Positions 43,214 to 52,324 of a DNA stretch of 55,876 nt are shown here, one piece after another. Position numbers and translations under genes: made by a program. The stretch comes from Patescibacteria group bacterium (GTDB taxonomy: Bacteria; Patescibacteriota; Minisyncoccia; Phycocordibacterales; UBA6065), in contig JBBTTY010000041.1 of the NCBI GenBank assembly GCA_038063975.1, positions 1-55,876 on the forward strand. The letters are read 5' to 3'. The notes beneath the pieces were generated by a model that made no database searches, was not told where the DNA came from, and was given only the letters and a program-made list of their open reading frames with translations. Numbering within the stretch: position 1 is the stretch's first letter; every line of letters begins with the position of its first letter.

Positions 43214-44590
43214 ATGGTGAAAATAGTCCAAAAAGATGATCCCATACTTCGTGAGATTGCCAAAACGGTGACTGACGATATGTTTGGTACGTCTAAGCTA
43301 AAGAAAATCGTCGGTGATATGAAAATTGCTTTAGCAAAAGAAAGTGACGGTGTGGCTCTAGCTGCGCCACAGATTGGCGTGCCTCTTCGATTATTTGTCA
43401 TTTCCGGCAAAATTACGGAATTACTTCATAGAGATAAAACTGAAACCAAGAAAAAATATCCCGATACAGTTTTCATAAACCCTGAAATTATAAAACTTTC
43501 AAAAGACAAGGAAGTTTTGGAAGAAGGTTGTCTGTCAGTTAGATTTCTCTACGGCAAAATTGAAAGAGCGAAAAAAGCAAAAATCAGAGCTTTTGATGAA
43601 AATGGCAAAAAATTCGAAATTGGTACTTCCGGACTTCTGGCTCAAATATTTCAGCACGAAACAGATCATCTCGATGGCAAGTTGTTCATAGATATCGCTA
43701 CTGACGTCCACAATATTCCGCCAAATAAAATTAAAATAGCTTTTTTTGGCACACCGGACAGAGCCGTCGTAATTTTAGAAGCTCTCAAACACGCAAATAT
43801 TGTCCCATCTCTCATAATCACTCAACCTGACAGGCCTCAGGGCAGAAAATTAATAATGACTGCTACACCGGTCAAAATTTGGGCAAAGAAAGAAAAAATT
43901 GCCGTGTTGGAACCAGAAAATTTAGAAGATCAAGCATTCGTTAAAACTCTCCAAAAAGGAGACTTTGATCTGTTTGTCGTCGTGGCTTACGGAAAAATAA
44001 TTAAAGAAAATATTTTGGATATTCCGAAACGAGGTTCTCTCAACTTACATACTTCCCTATTGCCGAAATTGCGAGGTTCTTCCCCTATGGAGACTGCTAT
44101 TCTCACAGATGATAAAAAAACCGGCGTGACGATCATGCTCATTGATAGTCTGATGGATCATGGACCGATTATTGCCCAAAAAGAAGTGTCTCTCTCAAAG
44201 TGGCCACTTACGGTAAATGAATTAGAGGAGATATTACTGAAAACGGGCGGTGAACTCTTGGCTAAAACCATACCTTTATGGCTCGAAGGAAAAATAAAGC
44301 CCCGCGACCAAGATCATTCACAAGCTACTTTGGCCAAAAAAATAAAAAAAGAAGATGGCTTGATCAATTTTTCGGATAATCCATACAAAAATTATTTGAA
44401 ATTTCTGGCTTACAAACAATGGCCGAAGACCTATTTTTTTGTTCGGAAAAACGAGGATAAAATACGCATTATCATAACTGAAGCCGAGTATAAAAATGGT
44501 TTATTTATCATACAAAGAGTCATACCTGAAGGTAAAAAAGAGATTTCTTTCTCTGAATTCGAGAAGAATTACAAAATTTCCGCTATATAA
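43214..44590 (+). CDS. Peptide deformylase fused to methionyl-tRNA formyltransferase
   Basis: Def motifs GVALAAPQIG, EGCLS, HETDH (aa 1-~165) then Fmt IKIAFFGTP, TQPDRPQGR, NLHTSLLP..RG, MDHGPI in the same frame. Confidence 0.85.
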   Translation: MVKIVQKDDPILREIAKTVTDDMFGTSKLKKIVGDMKIALAKESDGVALAAPQIGVPLRLFVISGKITELLHRDKTETKKKYPDTVFINPEIIKLSKDKEVLEEGCLSVRFLYGKIERAKKAKIRAFDENGKKFEIGTSGLLAQIFQHETDHLDGKLFIDIATDVHNIPPNKIKIAFFGTPDRAVVILEALKHANIVPSLIITQPDRPQGRKLIMTATPVKIWAKKEKIAVLEPENLEDQAFVKTLQKGDFDLFVVVAYGKIIKENILDIPKRGSLNLHTSLLPKLRGSSPMETAILTDDKKTGVTIMLIDSLMDHGPIIAQKEVSLSKWPLTVNELEEILLKTGGELLAKTIPLWLEGKIKPRDQDHSQATLAKKIKKEDGLINFSDNPYKNYLKFLAYKQWPKTYFFVRKNEDKIRIIITEAEYKNGLFIIQRVIPEGKKEISFSEFEKNYKISAI

Positions 44591-44619
44591 TCATGTGATA
44601 ATCATGTGCCGTAGTCATT

Positions 44620-45000
44620 TTATTTTCTCTTTCTCCACGGCAGGCCGCGAAGCATATTTTTCAATATTAATCCTGATTTTCTCATAAAACGAACTCGTTT
44701 GGACTTGTGCGAACGTAAGACTTCTATGAGCTCGTCTTTTACGGCTCCGAGCGCCATATACAAATCTTCTTTTTCCGACTCAACTCGCAGACTGCCGTGT
44801 CTCGAGTGAAAATTTATTTCTGCCCTGAATATCTCGCCGCTTTTATGATGTTGGGTCGTGCGTGATACCTCGATTTCGGCGATGGCACTGGTATCATTCG
44901 GATCAACATAACTTTCCAAAGAGGAAATTAGTCTGTCTATCGCTTGTTCAATTGCCGGAGTAAGCGAAAGTGACGTACCTTTGACAGTTTTTCTGATCAT
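44620..45000 (-). CDS. hpf: Ribosome hibernation promoting factor / RaiA family
   Basis: Short HPF fold pattern (LTPAIEQAI..., EINFHSRHGSLRVESEKEDLYMALG); ATG 45000 preferred. Confidence 0.8.
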   Translation of the reverse strand: MIRKTVKGTSLSLTPAIEQAIDRLISSLESYVDPNDTSAIAEIEVSRTTQHHKSGEIFRAEINFHSRHGSLRVESEKEDLYMALGAVKDELIEVLRSHKSKRVRFMRKSGLILKNMLRGLPWRKRK

Positions 45001-45067
45001 ACATTTATTTATTATATGCACTCATTATAGTATACAAACTGCGTCACACAAGATATCATATCTATCA

Positions 45068-46567
45068 ATGCGAAAAAAAATAAAAGTAGCGCAAGTGGCT
45101 GCGGAAATTGAGCCGTTTTCCAAAAGCGGCGGTCTAGCCAATGTTATGGGTTCATTGCCTAGAACAGAATCCAAACTCGGTTTGAATGTCATTGTCATCA
45201 CTCCTCACTATGGCGAGACCAATACATCGCCGGTCGGAGATCTGGAAATTGTATTTGAAGATGTTCCCATAGAAGTTACTTCTGGTGTTTTCGATAAAGC
45301 GACATATTTGCGAGGCTATATACCGGACAGCAAAGTTCCAATTTATTTTGTTTCAAATAAAAAATATCTCGGTCCATCTTCCATGATAAATGGAAAAATA
45401 TATGGGGCCAAAAACGATAATGCCAGGTTTCTTTTTTTTGATGTAGCTGTTTTAAAACTTCTCCAAATGATCAATTGGAAACCTGATATCATACATTGTC
45501 ACGATTGGCATACAGGACTGATTCCCTATTTTCTTAAAGGTCGCTATAAAAAAGATCCTTTCTGGGCAAAAACAGCTTGCTTATTTACTATTCACAACCT
45601 GGTCTATCAGCTCGGACATGATTGGTGGCTCATAGACGAAAATGACCGTGATCTCGGTAGGACACCTCTACCATCCTTTGTTGAAAACGGCGTCATAGAG
45701 CATATCAATTTCGTCAAACGAGCCATCATGAATGCCGATGCCATCAATACAGTTTCAGAAACATATCGCGAGGAGATCATGACTCGAGATTTTGGCGAAG
45801 ATCTCCATCGTATATTAAAAAATCGTGAGAATATTATTTTCGGCATCGTGAACGGCATTGATTACAATGAATACAATCCTCTGACTGACCCCGGTTTAAA
45901 TCAGCATTACAGCGCCAAATCTGTAGCCCGCAAGAGAGACAATAAAATCTGGCTTCAAAAACATTACGGCCTGAAGAATGGCCCTAATATTCCTCTAGTC
46001 TGTATGACCTCGAGAATTGTGGAACAAAAAGGTTTTGCTCTGATCATTCCTATCATTCCCGCACTCATGGAAACCGGCATGCAGATGATAATTATGGGCG
46101 ATGGTGACGGAGAAATTATTAAAGCTTTTGACGATATGCAAAAGAATTTTCCTGGACAATTTATATATACGCCTTTTGACAGCGCCCGTGAAACTTCTCT
46201 CTATGCTGGTTCGGATATTTTTCTTCTGCCTTCACGTTTTGAGCCGTGCGGTGTAAATCAACTCATTGCTCTGCGTTACGGATGCATACCGATTGTTCAT
46301 CACATAGGCGGTCTAGCCGATACGATTATTGATTTTGATCCTTGGACAGAAGACGGTAATGGTTTTACATTTGCCGGTTATGATTCAAACAGTTTGCTTT
46401 TTGCCATGGCCAGAGCTATGGAAACATACAAATACAAAGATGTGTGGAAACGACTAGTCGTTTCTGGACTGCGAGAAGCTAATTCATGGATAATTCCCAC
46501 CAAGAAATACATTGAGCTCTATAAAACGACTATTAAATTGCGAAAAGCTCGCAAAAAAAAAGAATAG
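45068..46567 (+). CDS. glgA: Glycogen/starch synthase (GT5)
   Basis: AAEIEPFSKSGGLANV (KxGGL), C-terminal PSRFEPCG; ORF-track start 44981 trimmed to ATG 45068. Confidence 0.88.
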   Translation: MRKKIKVAQVAAEIEPFSKSGGLANVMGSLPRTESKLGLNVIVITPHYGETNTSPVGDLEIVFEDVPIEVTSGVFDKATYLRGYIPDSKVPIYFVSNKKYLGPSSMINGKIYGAKNDNARFLFFDVAVLKLLQMINWKPDIIHCHDWHTGLIPYFLKGRYKKDPFWAKTACLFTIHNLVYQLGHDWWLIDENDRDLGRTPLPSFVENGVIEHINFVKRAIMNADAINTVSETYREEIMTRDFGEDLHRILKNRENIIFGIVNGIDYNEYNPLTDPGLNQHYSAKSVARKRDNKIWLQKHYGLKNGPNIPLVCMTSRIVEQKGFALIIPIIPALMETGMQMIIMGDGDGEIIKAFDDMQKNFPGQFIYTPFDSARETSLYAGSDIFLLPSRFEPCGVNQLIALRYGCIPIVHHIGGLADTIIDFDPWTEDGNGFTFAGYDSNSLLFAMARAMETYKYKDVWKRLVVSGLREANSWIIPTKKYIELYKTTIKLRKARKKKE

Positions 46568-46577
46568 TTATAAAAAC

Positions 46578-47738
46578 ATGAAATGGGTAAATATTCTCCA
46601 TCTATATCAACCACCGACCCAGACAAGAGAAATTGTCGGGGAGGTGGTGCACGACAGTTATGAAAAAATCCTCTGCCTGCTCGATCAGTATCCAAATCTT
46701 CGGCTTACTTTGAATATTTCCGGATCCCTGCTCGAGCTTCTCTCGAAATACGGGCACCAGAGTGTTATCGACGGCTTCAAAAAACATGCGGAACGAGGAG
46801 CTATAGAGTTTTTGGCAAGCGCTATGTATCACCCTATTCTTCCTTTATTGGAAGAAAAAGAAATTCTCCGACAAATACGGCTTCATGAGAATATTTCAAA
46901 AAAATGCTTTGGTGCGATTTATCAACCAGGCGGGTTTTATTTTCCTGAAATGGCCTATAGCGAAAACTCTTGCAAGGCTGTAATCAAAGCTGGTTTCAAA
47001 TGGACAGTTCTCGATGAAATTCACGCTACTGTAAAAGTTGATTCTGAAACACGTTATGAGATCAAAGATCTGAAATTTGGCGTGGTTTTCCGAGATAGCT
47101 CTTATTCCAGGACATTTCCTCCGGAATCTATAATTTTGGATTTGGAAAAAATAAAAAAACCATATCTCGTCACATGTCACGATGGTGAATTGTATGGTCA
47201 TTGGCATAGAGAAGATCATGGCTATTACAAAAAAGCTTTTTCTCATCCTGGAATTACAACTATCACAGTGAGTCAATATATAGACGAACTTGAAAAAGAA
47301 ACAAAAATTGCCGTCAGAGATGCTAGTTGGGAATCAAAACCTGATGAATTGAAACAAAACATCACTTTAGGCTTGTGGCATAATCCTCAAAACGAGATCC
47401 ATAATATGCTCGAAGCTTTCAAAAAGGAAATTTTGACGCTTGTTGAAAACCATCAAGATGACCCCGGTTACTCTCTGGCTCGGCATCATGCTGACAGAGG
47501 TGTGGCTAGTTGTGCTTGGTGGTGGGCCAGCGAGAAAAAAATCGGTCCTTTTTCACCTGTTTCATGGAACCCTACGGAAATAGAAAAAGGCGCGCAAGAA
47601 CTGTATAAAGCAATGAATTCTTTTACAACGCTTTCCCCAAATGAAATATCGAAAACCGCTCTCCTCTTTCGAAATCTACAAAAATCTATTTGGCAAAAGC
47701 ACAAGCAAAAGTATGATCCTGATTATCTGCTAGAATGA
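46578..47738 (+). CDS. Glycoside hydrolase family 57 protein
   Basis: GH57 conserved regions: HLYQPP, GAIEFLASAMYHPILPLL, FYFPEMAY (nucleophile Glu), CHDGELYGHW (acid/base Asp). Confidence 0.75.
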   Translation: MKWVNILHLYQPPTQTREIVGEVVHDSYEKILCLLDQYPNLRLTLNISGSLLELLSKYGHQSVIDGFKKHAERGAIEFLASAMYHPILPLLEEKEILRQIRLHENISKKCFGAIYQPGGFYFPEMAYSENSCKAVIKAGFKWTVLDEIHATVKVDSETRYEIKDLKFGVVFRDSSYSRTFPPESIILDLEKIKKPYLVTCHDGELYGHWHREDHGYYKKAFSHPGITTITVSQYIDELEKETKIAVRDASWESKPDELKQNITLGLWHNPQNEIHNMLEAFKKEILTLVENHQDDPGYSLARHHADRGVASCAWWWASEKKIGPFSPVSWNPTEIEKGAQELYKAMNSFTTLSPNEISKTALLFRNLQKSIWQKHKQKYDPDYLLE

Positions 47739-47745
47739 TGACTAT

Positions 47746-48312
47746 ATGAAAAATTATGCTAGCCGGACACATTCGGAAATGCTAGATGTGCTCATGGATG
47801 CTAAATCTCCAGGGCCTGAAATTTACTATTATATGGTTCGTGGTGGCAAGGAAAAGACAAACATTACAATTCTGGAACCAGGCATAATTGGTGACGAGTA
47901 TATAAAAACATACGGTCACTATCATGTAGGAAAACTAGACGAGACTTATACAATTCTTCAAGGAAAAGGTGTGATCGTCATGCAAACGAGAAAAATTGAT
48001 GAAAAAGGAAAACCGCTAGACGAAGAAATTGAAACTTTTAGAGCGATTAGCGTAAAAACTGGAGATAGGGTTTTCATTCCGAGCGGAGCGGGTCATTTGG
48101 CCATAAATACCGGCGAAACATGGTTCGTTACTTCAGACGACAGTCCGGTCAATTTTCTAGAAAAAGATCCTATCAGTTTACCTGGACACGCCGATTACGG
48201 CCCCTTCAAACGACTCCACGGCGCTGCCTATTATGTCATCAAAAAAAATAACGAACCTACTCTCGTGAAAAATCCTCTTTATAAAGTAATTCCTAAAGCA
48301 AAAATAGAATAA
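47746..48312 (+). CDS. Cupin-type glucose-6-phosphate isomerase (archaeal cPGI-like)
   Basis: 188 aa, TYGHYH and PSGAGHLAINTG cupin metal-site motifs as in Pyrococcus-type PGI. Confidence 0.65.
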   Translation: MKNYASRTHSEMLDVLMDAKSPGPEIYYYMVRGGKEKTNITILEPGIIGDEYIKTYGHYHVGKLDETYTILQGKGVIVMQTRKIDEKGKPLDEEIETFRAISVKTGDRVFIPSGAGHLAINTGETWFVTSDDSPVNFLEKDPISLPGHADYGPFKRLHGAAYYVIKKNNEPTLVKNPLYKVIPKAKIE

Positions 48313-48426
48313 AAAATACAAGTACAAGCTAATCGAGAACCTCCGCAGGGAAGGATTTGTCATAGGTCTGTCCTTGACAAATCCGACCCGAGGACTGTTC
48401 GAGAGTAGTTTGTACTTGTATTTTTT
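48311..48426. repeat. Long nested hairpin (21-bp AT-rich stem, GC-richer branched core), singleton
   Basis: AAAAAATACAAGTACAAGCTA pairs with TAGTTTGTACTTGTATTTTTT; inner 10-bp hairpin GGATTTGTCA/TGACAAATCC. Confidence 0.8.
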
Positions 48427-48429
48427 ATA

Positions 48430-50778
48430 TTACAGTTTGTAGAGTTTTTTAATATAATCATCAAGCATTCTTTTTGTAGTAAACTTTTTCTCTACCATAG
48501 ACATAGTTTTTTTCATACGTCTAATCCACTGATGAGGTGTATTGTTTTCTCTTTTATAAAATAATGGTGTTACTTCTTTTTCTAGAAAATTATACATGGC
48601 CGAGGCCGTGTTTTCTTCGGGCAAGATCCAGCCGATGTTTTTCCATTTTACTTCCTCTATCCAGCCATCACTAATACTCATTTGAAGTGTACCGTTTAAT
48701 CCAGCTTTCATACCACTCGTGCCACAAGCTTCTTTACCTCGAAAAGGAGTGTTTAGCCAGATGTCCGCACCAGCCACTAGTTTGTGGGCTAGGGATATAG
48801 AATAGTCTGGTATATAGGCGATTTTGTTTTTCCATTTTGGATTGTTTGTCAGAGTGCGGATGCGATCCAAAGCGTTCTTCGCACTGACGTCGTTGTTGTA
48901 AACATTGCCGGAAATGATTAATTGCAGAGAATGAATTCCGAAACAAATTTTTTCCAGTCTTTCTATATCGGATATGAGTAGTTCTGGTCGTTTGTAGGCA
49001 ACAAAACGTCTGGCCCAGACAACTGTGCAAGTATTTTGATCGAGAGTAGAGCCTGTTTTGGCATTTGTGTAATCAATCAGTTCTTTGCGAAGTTTCGATT
49101 TCACCTGCCAGATTTTTTCATCGGTTAATTTTTGTCTATCATTTCCCCACTCTCTGCCAAACCATCTGTCTCTGTAAACGCCATTTGTAATAGATATGAG
49201 ACGACTTTTTGGATGAACTTTCTTTTCGAACTTTGCGTGGAGAATACTCACAGCATTCCGACGTATAGCTGTATTCAAGAGAAAATGGGTGGCAGAAAAG
49301 ACGCGCACCTCAGGATCGACACCTAGAGAGAATAATTCTTCGGCAGAAACACCGAGACTATGAAAATATGGCCCAAAATAACGCATAAAATCGCTTTCTT
49401 CTATTTTTACGCCGGCTTGAGAAAAGATAGTATGTTTTGTCGCTACTATTTTTTTGCGTATCTCTTTTACAGCCTTTAGGATATTTTTATCTTTAAAGGA
49501 AGAAGCAGAGCGAGCGATCAATTCCAGAGTGGTAAATGCGGTATGGCCTTCATTCAAATGATATAGATGTGGCGAAATATGAAGTGTTTGGAGCATTCTG
49601 GCGCTACCCACACCTAAAACTAAATCTTGTCTTACCCACGTATAATCATCCATGGCATAGATAGTTGACAAGATTTTCCGTGATTCTTCATCATTTTCTT
49701 CTATATCTGTATCTAAGAGGATAAGCCAAGTGTTTTGCCCAAAGTTTCTGGCGTAAGCGCGAGCTTTGATAGCTTTATTTTCAAAGGGAATTTCTATGAC
49801 CAGCGGCTTGCCATTTATGGTTATGAGCGAATATTTGTTTTGTTTTATGTCTTTGTTTTTATGACTGTACCATAATCCTACGAAAACCATGGGCAAAGCC
49901 CTATCATTTGCTTCATAGAGAAAATCTGCCGCCAATACTCCCAGGCCTCCGGCATAAGTCAGGGAATCGTCGTCGAGGGCGTATTCGGCTGATATAAAAG
50001 CCACAGGTTCTCTCTGGTCATATTTTATAGAACTTGCTTCTATGGTTTTTGGCGCTTGGAGAAAATCTCCCATAATTTTCTGGGTGTTTTCCGGCCCTCT
50101 AGTTTCCATCACTTTTATACCCACATTTTTTACAGGATTGTCATTACCTTCAGGAAAGAGAGCATCACCGACAAACACGACAGAATCTCTAGGCAGTTTT
50201 GTATATTCAATAATTTTTCGCAAGCCGAAAGCTTTATCAATGCCATCATTTGTCACATCGATAGAAGTGGTACCTCCGATTTTCAACTCCAAGCCTGACA
50301 GCAGTGGCGAAAGTTTTTCCACCAAAATTGTTCGTTTTTTCTGATCTGGATCCCATAAGTGCTTCAGATCGGCTGGAGTATCTTTGCCTAGAGCTGAATA
50401 AGTCATACCAGAATCTCTGTCGTCCAACAATGGTTCTAATTCTTTTTCGCTAATGGCGAGAATTTGCCTGAAAGCCCTGCGTACACGCACCTTATCTCTG
50501 CTTGCCAGTTTTTCGGCATATATTCTCTGCCAGCCTCCTCTATATACCCAGAGTTCTGCGCCACTAGTTGTGAGAATGTAGAGATTTGTCAATTCTCTCA
50601 CAGTGGCAGTCAGAGGTTTTAGAAGTTCTGATTCAAATTGTTTGAAAGACGCCCCAGATATAACTGCTACCTTTGTCTGCTTTAAAAGCTCGCATAGGAG
50701 AGATGCCGTTTCTTCCATAATTGGCGCCCTGCTTTCCGTGAGAGTATTGTCTAGGTCAAATACGATAAGTTTCGGCAT
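48430..50778 (-). CDS. HAD-IIB (PMM/Cof-like) phosphatase/mutase domain fused to alpha-glucan phosphorylase (GT35)
   Basis: N-terminal FDLDNTLT, VISGAS, GDALFPEGNDNP HAD motifs; C-terminal YAGGLGVLAADF and EACGTSGMKAGLNG (PLP Lys); start trimmed to ATG 50778 because 50779-50856 overlaps tRNA-Asn. Confidence 0.8.
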   Translation of the reverse strand: MPKLIVFDLDNTLTESRAPIMEETASLLCELLKQTKVAVISGASFKQFESELLKPLTATVRELTNLYILTTSGAELWVYRGGWQRIYAEKLASRDKVRVRRAFRQILAISEKELEPLLDDRDSGMTYSALGKDTPADLKHLWDPDQKKRTILVEKLSPLLSGLELKIGGTTSIDVTNDGIDKAFGLRKIIEYTKLPRDSVVFVGDALFPEGNDNPVKNVGIKVMETRGPENTQKIMGDFLQAPKTIEASSIKYDQREPVAFISAEYALDDDSLTYAGGLGVLAADFLYEANDRALPMVFVGLWYSHKNKDIKQNKYSLITINGKPLVIEIPFENKAIKARAYARNFGQNTWLILLDTDIEENDEESRKILSTIYAMDDYTWVRQDLVLGVGSARMLQTLHISPHLYHLNEGHTAFTTLELIARSASSFKDKNILKAVKEIRKKIVATKHTIFSQAGVKIEESDFMRYFGPYFHSLGVSAEELFSLGVDPEVRVFSATHFLLNTAIRRNAVSILHAKFEKKVHPKSRLISITNGVYRDRWFGREWGNDRQKLTDEKIWQVKSKLRKELIDYTNAKTGSTLDQNTCTVVWARRFVAYKRPELLISDIERLEKICFGIHSLQLIISGNVYNNDVSAKNALDRIRTLTNNPKWKNKIAYIPDYSISLAHKLVAGADIWLNTPFRGKEACGTSGMKAGLNGTLQMSISDGWIEEVKWKNIGWILPEENTASAMYNFLEKEVTPLFYKRENNTPHQWIRRMKKTMSMVEKKFTTKRMLDDYIKKLYKL

Positions 50779-50821
50779 GGGACCATTATATAATATGAAT
50801 CTGATTTTATCCTGAATTGTT

Positions 50822-50897
50822 TGGCTCCTCGGCCTGGACTCGAACCAGGGACCCATCCCTTAACAGGGGATCGCTCTACCAACTGAGCTACCGAGGA
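50822..50897 (-). tRNA. tRNA-Asn (anticodon GUU), CCA encoded
   Basis: Reverse complement folds as a 76-nt cloverleaf: acceptor TCCTCGG/CCGAGGA, anticodon loop CTGTTAA, T-loop TTCGAGT. Confidence 0.9.
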
Positions 50898-50983
50898 ATA
50901 ATTTCGTCGTTGAAATAATTTTCAACTCGCGAATAGAATAGTATCAAAATATCAAAGAAAGACAACGCTTCTCCAAAACGTAC

Positions 50984-50989
50984 TATAAT
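50984..50989 (+). promoter_or_regulatory. TATAAT -10 box placed for a leaderless sigma-factor mRNA
   Basis: TATAAT ends 8 nt before ATG 50998; no SD in between; weak -35. Confidence 0.4.
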
Positions 50990-50997
50990 GAGACATA

Positions 50998-51603
50998 ATG
51001 GTCGAAGATAAACAAGCAAAAAATCAGGCAGATGTCATATTGGTAGAGAATGCTCTCACATCAAGCAATCAGTTCAGCCGTATCATTGAAAAATACCAAG
51101 AACCTCTGCGTCGATATGTCCGTCGTATGGCCAGACCAAATGAGGATGAACTGGATATGCTCTTGCAGGATATATTTATAAAAACGTACGAGAATTTGAA
51201 CGACTTTGATCTGGGATTGTCATTTTCATCATGGATATATCGTATCGCCCATAATGAGAGTATAGATTTTCATCGCAGGAACAAGAGATATGGCGGTTCT
51301 CTAGACGATTCCACCGGCGACGATGATAGTCTCTCTCTAATCGAGACTATTGCCGCCGATGGAGACATCATCACAGAAGCCGATAGACATTACGTGAAAA
51401 AATCCATAAACGCCATACTTGATGAATTAGATTCAAAGTATCGGTCGGTGCTGGTGTTGAAATTTATTGAGGGCAAAGATTATGATGATATTTCTCACAT
51501 TCTCCGAAAGCCCCTGGGAACTATAGGGACTTTGATTCATCGAGCAAAGAAAGAGTTCAGGCGATTAGTGGAGAAACGAGGTATATATAGCGGAGACTTA
51601 TGA
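50998..51603 (+). CDS. ECF-type sigma-70 family RNA polymerase sigma factor
   Basis: Region 2 (FSSWIYRIAHNESIDFHRR) and region 4 (YRSVLVLKFIEGKDYDDISHILRKPLGTIGTLIHRAKKEF). Confidence 0.85.
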   Translation: MVEDKQAKNQADVILVENALTSSNQFSRIIEKYQEPLRRYVRRMARPNEDELDMLLQDIFIKTYENLNDFDLGLSFSSWIYRIAHNESIDFHRRNKRYGGSLDDSTGDDDSLSLIETIAADGDIITEADRHYVKKSINAILDELDSKYRSVLVLKFIEGKDYDDISHILRKPLGTIGTLIHRAKKEFRRLVEKRGIYSGDL

Positions 51604-51619
51604 CAAAAATAAAAAAAAT

Positions 51620-52324
51620 ATGACATTCGAAAAACAAATCATGGAAAAAATAAGAGGGAGACGGCTCCGGCCGATGCCAAAGGGTTATTTCTATGTGCGC
51701 GACGTCGTTGTCTGGCTTCTGCTCGGTGTATTTGTGACGGCTCTGTCTCTCGGTTTTGCTATGACTATGTTTATGATTCGCGGCACAGACTTTGGGCTTT
51801 TTGAAAAGCTCGGCTTGTCGAGTGGTCAGAAAATAATTTATTCCATTCCATTTTTTTGGATTGCTACATGCATCGCCTTGGCTTTAGCTGTCTTTATCAA
51901 TTTTCGAAATACTCGCAGGGGTTATCGCATGAGCACGAAACAATTTTCTCTGATAACTGTGCTCATTGCTCTGGCTTTCGGCAGTGTTTTGTACTCTCTC
52001 GATATCGCTAAATATGTAGACAAGACCGCTTCGAAAAACTTTCCTTTGTACAATTCTGTCGTGCCACTCAATATAAATAATTGGCTCGATCCAGAGCACG
52101 GTCTGCTCTCTGGCGCTGTGCGGGACAGGGAATCAGAATCTGATTTCATGCTCCGAGACGCAAATGGTATCTTGTGGCATGTAACGGGCAGAAATATTGA
52201 AGTGGAAAAAGGTTTCAAATGGGCTAGTGGTGATAGAATCAAAATTATAGGCGTACAGTCCGGACTTGATGAATTCCGCGCTATAGAAATATTGCCGTGG
52301 GAGGAGAAACCTACAAAGGAATAA
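51620..52324 (+). CDS. Polytopic membrane protein, possible non-canonical anti-sigma partner
   Basis: 16 nt downstream of the ECF sigma gene; 3-4 TM helices; no HxxxCxxC zinc anti-sigma motif. Confidence 0.4.
   Translation: MTFEKQIMEKIRGRRLRPMPKGYFYVRDVVVWLLLGVFVTALSLGFAMTMFMIRGTDFGLFEKLGLSSGQKIIYSIPFFWIATCIALALAVFINFRNTRRGYRMSTKQFSLITVLIALAFGSVLYSLDIAKYVDKTASKNFPLYNSVVPLNINNWLDPEHGLLSGAVRDRESESDFMLRDANGILWHVTGRNIEVEKGFKWASGDRIKIIGVQSGLDEFRAIEILPWEEKPTKE

Noticed and set aside
45001-45067. Possible raiA-motif RNA upstream of the hpf/raiA gene
   Set aside because: The spacer is only 67 nt and contains no extended structure. The known raiA motif is about 200 nt.
50779-50856. ORF-track N-terminal extension of the phosphorylase fusion
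   Set aside because: It reads through tRNA-Asn (50822-50897). The HAD motif I (FDLDNTLT) starts right after ATG 50778.
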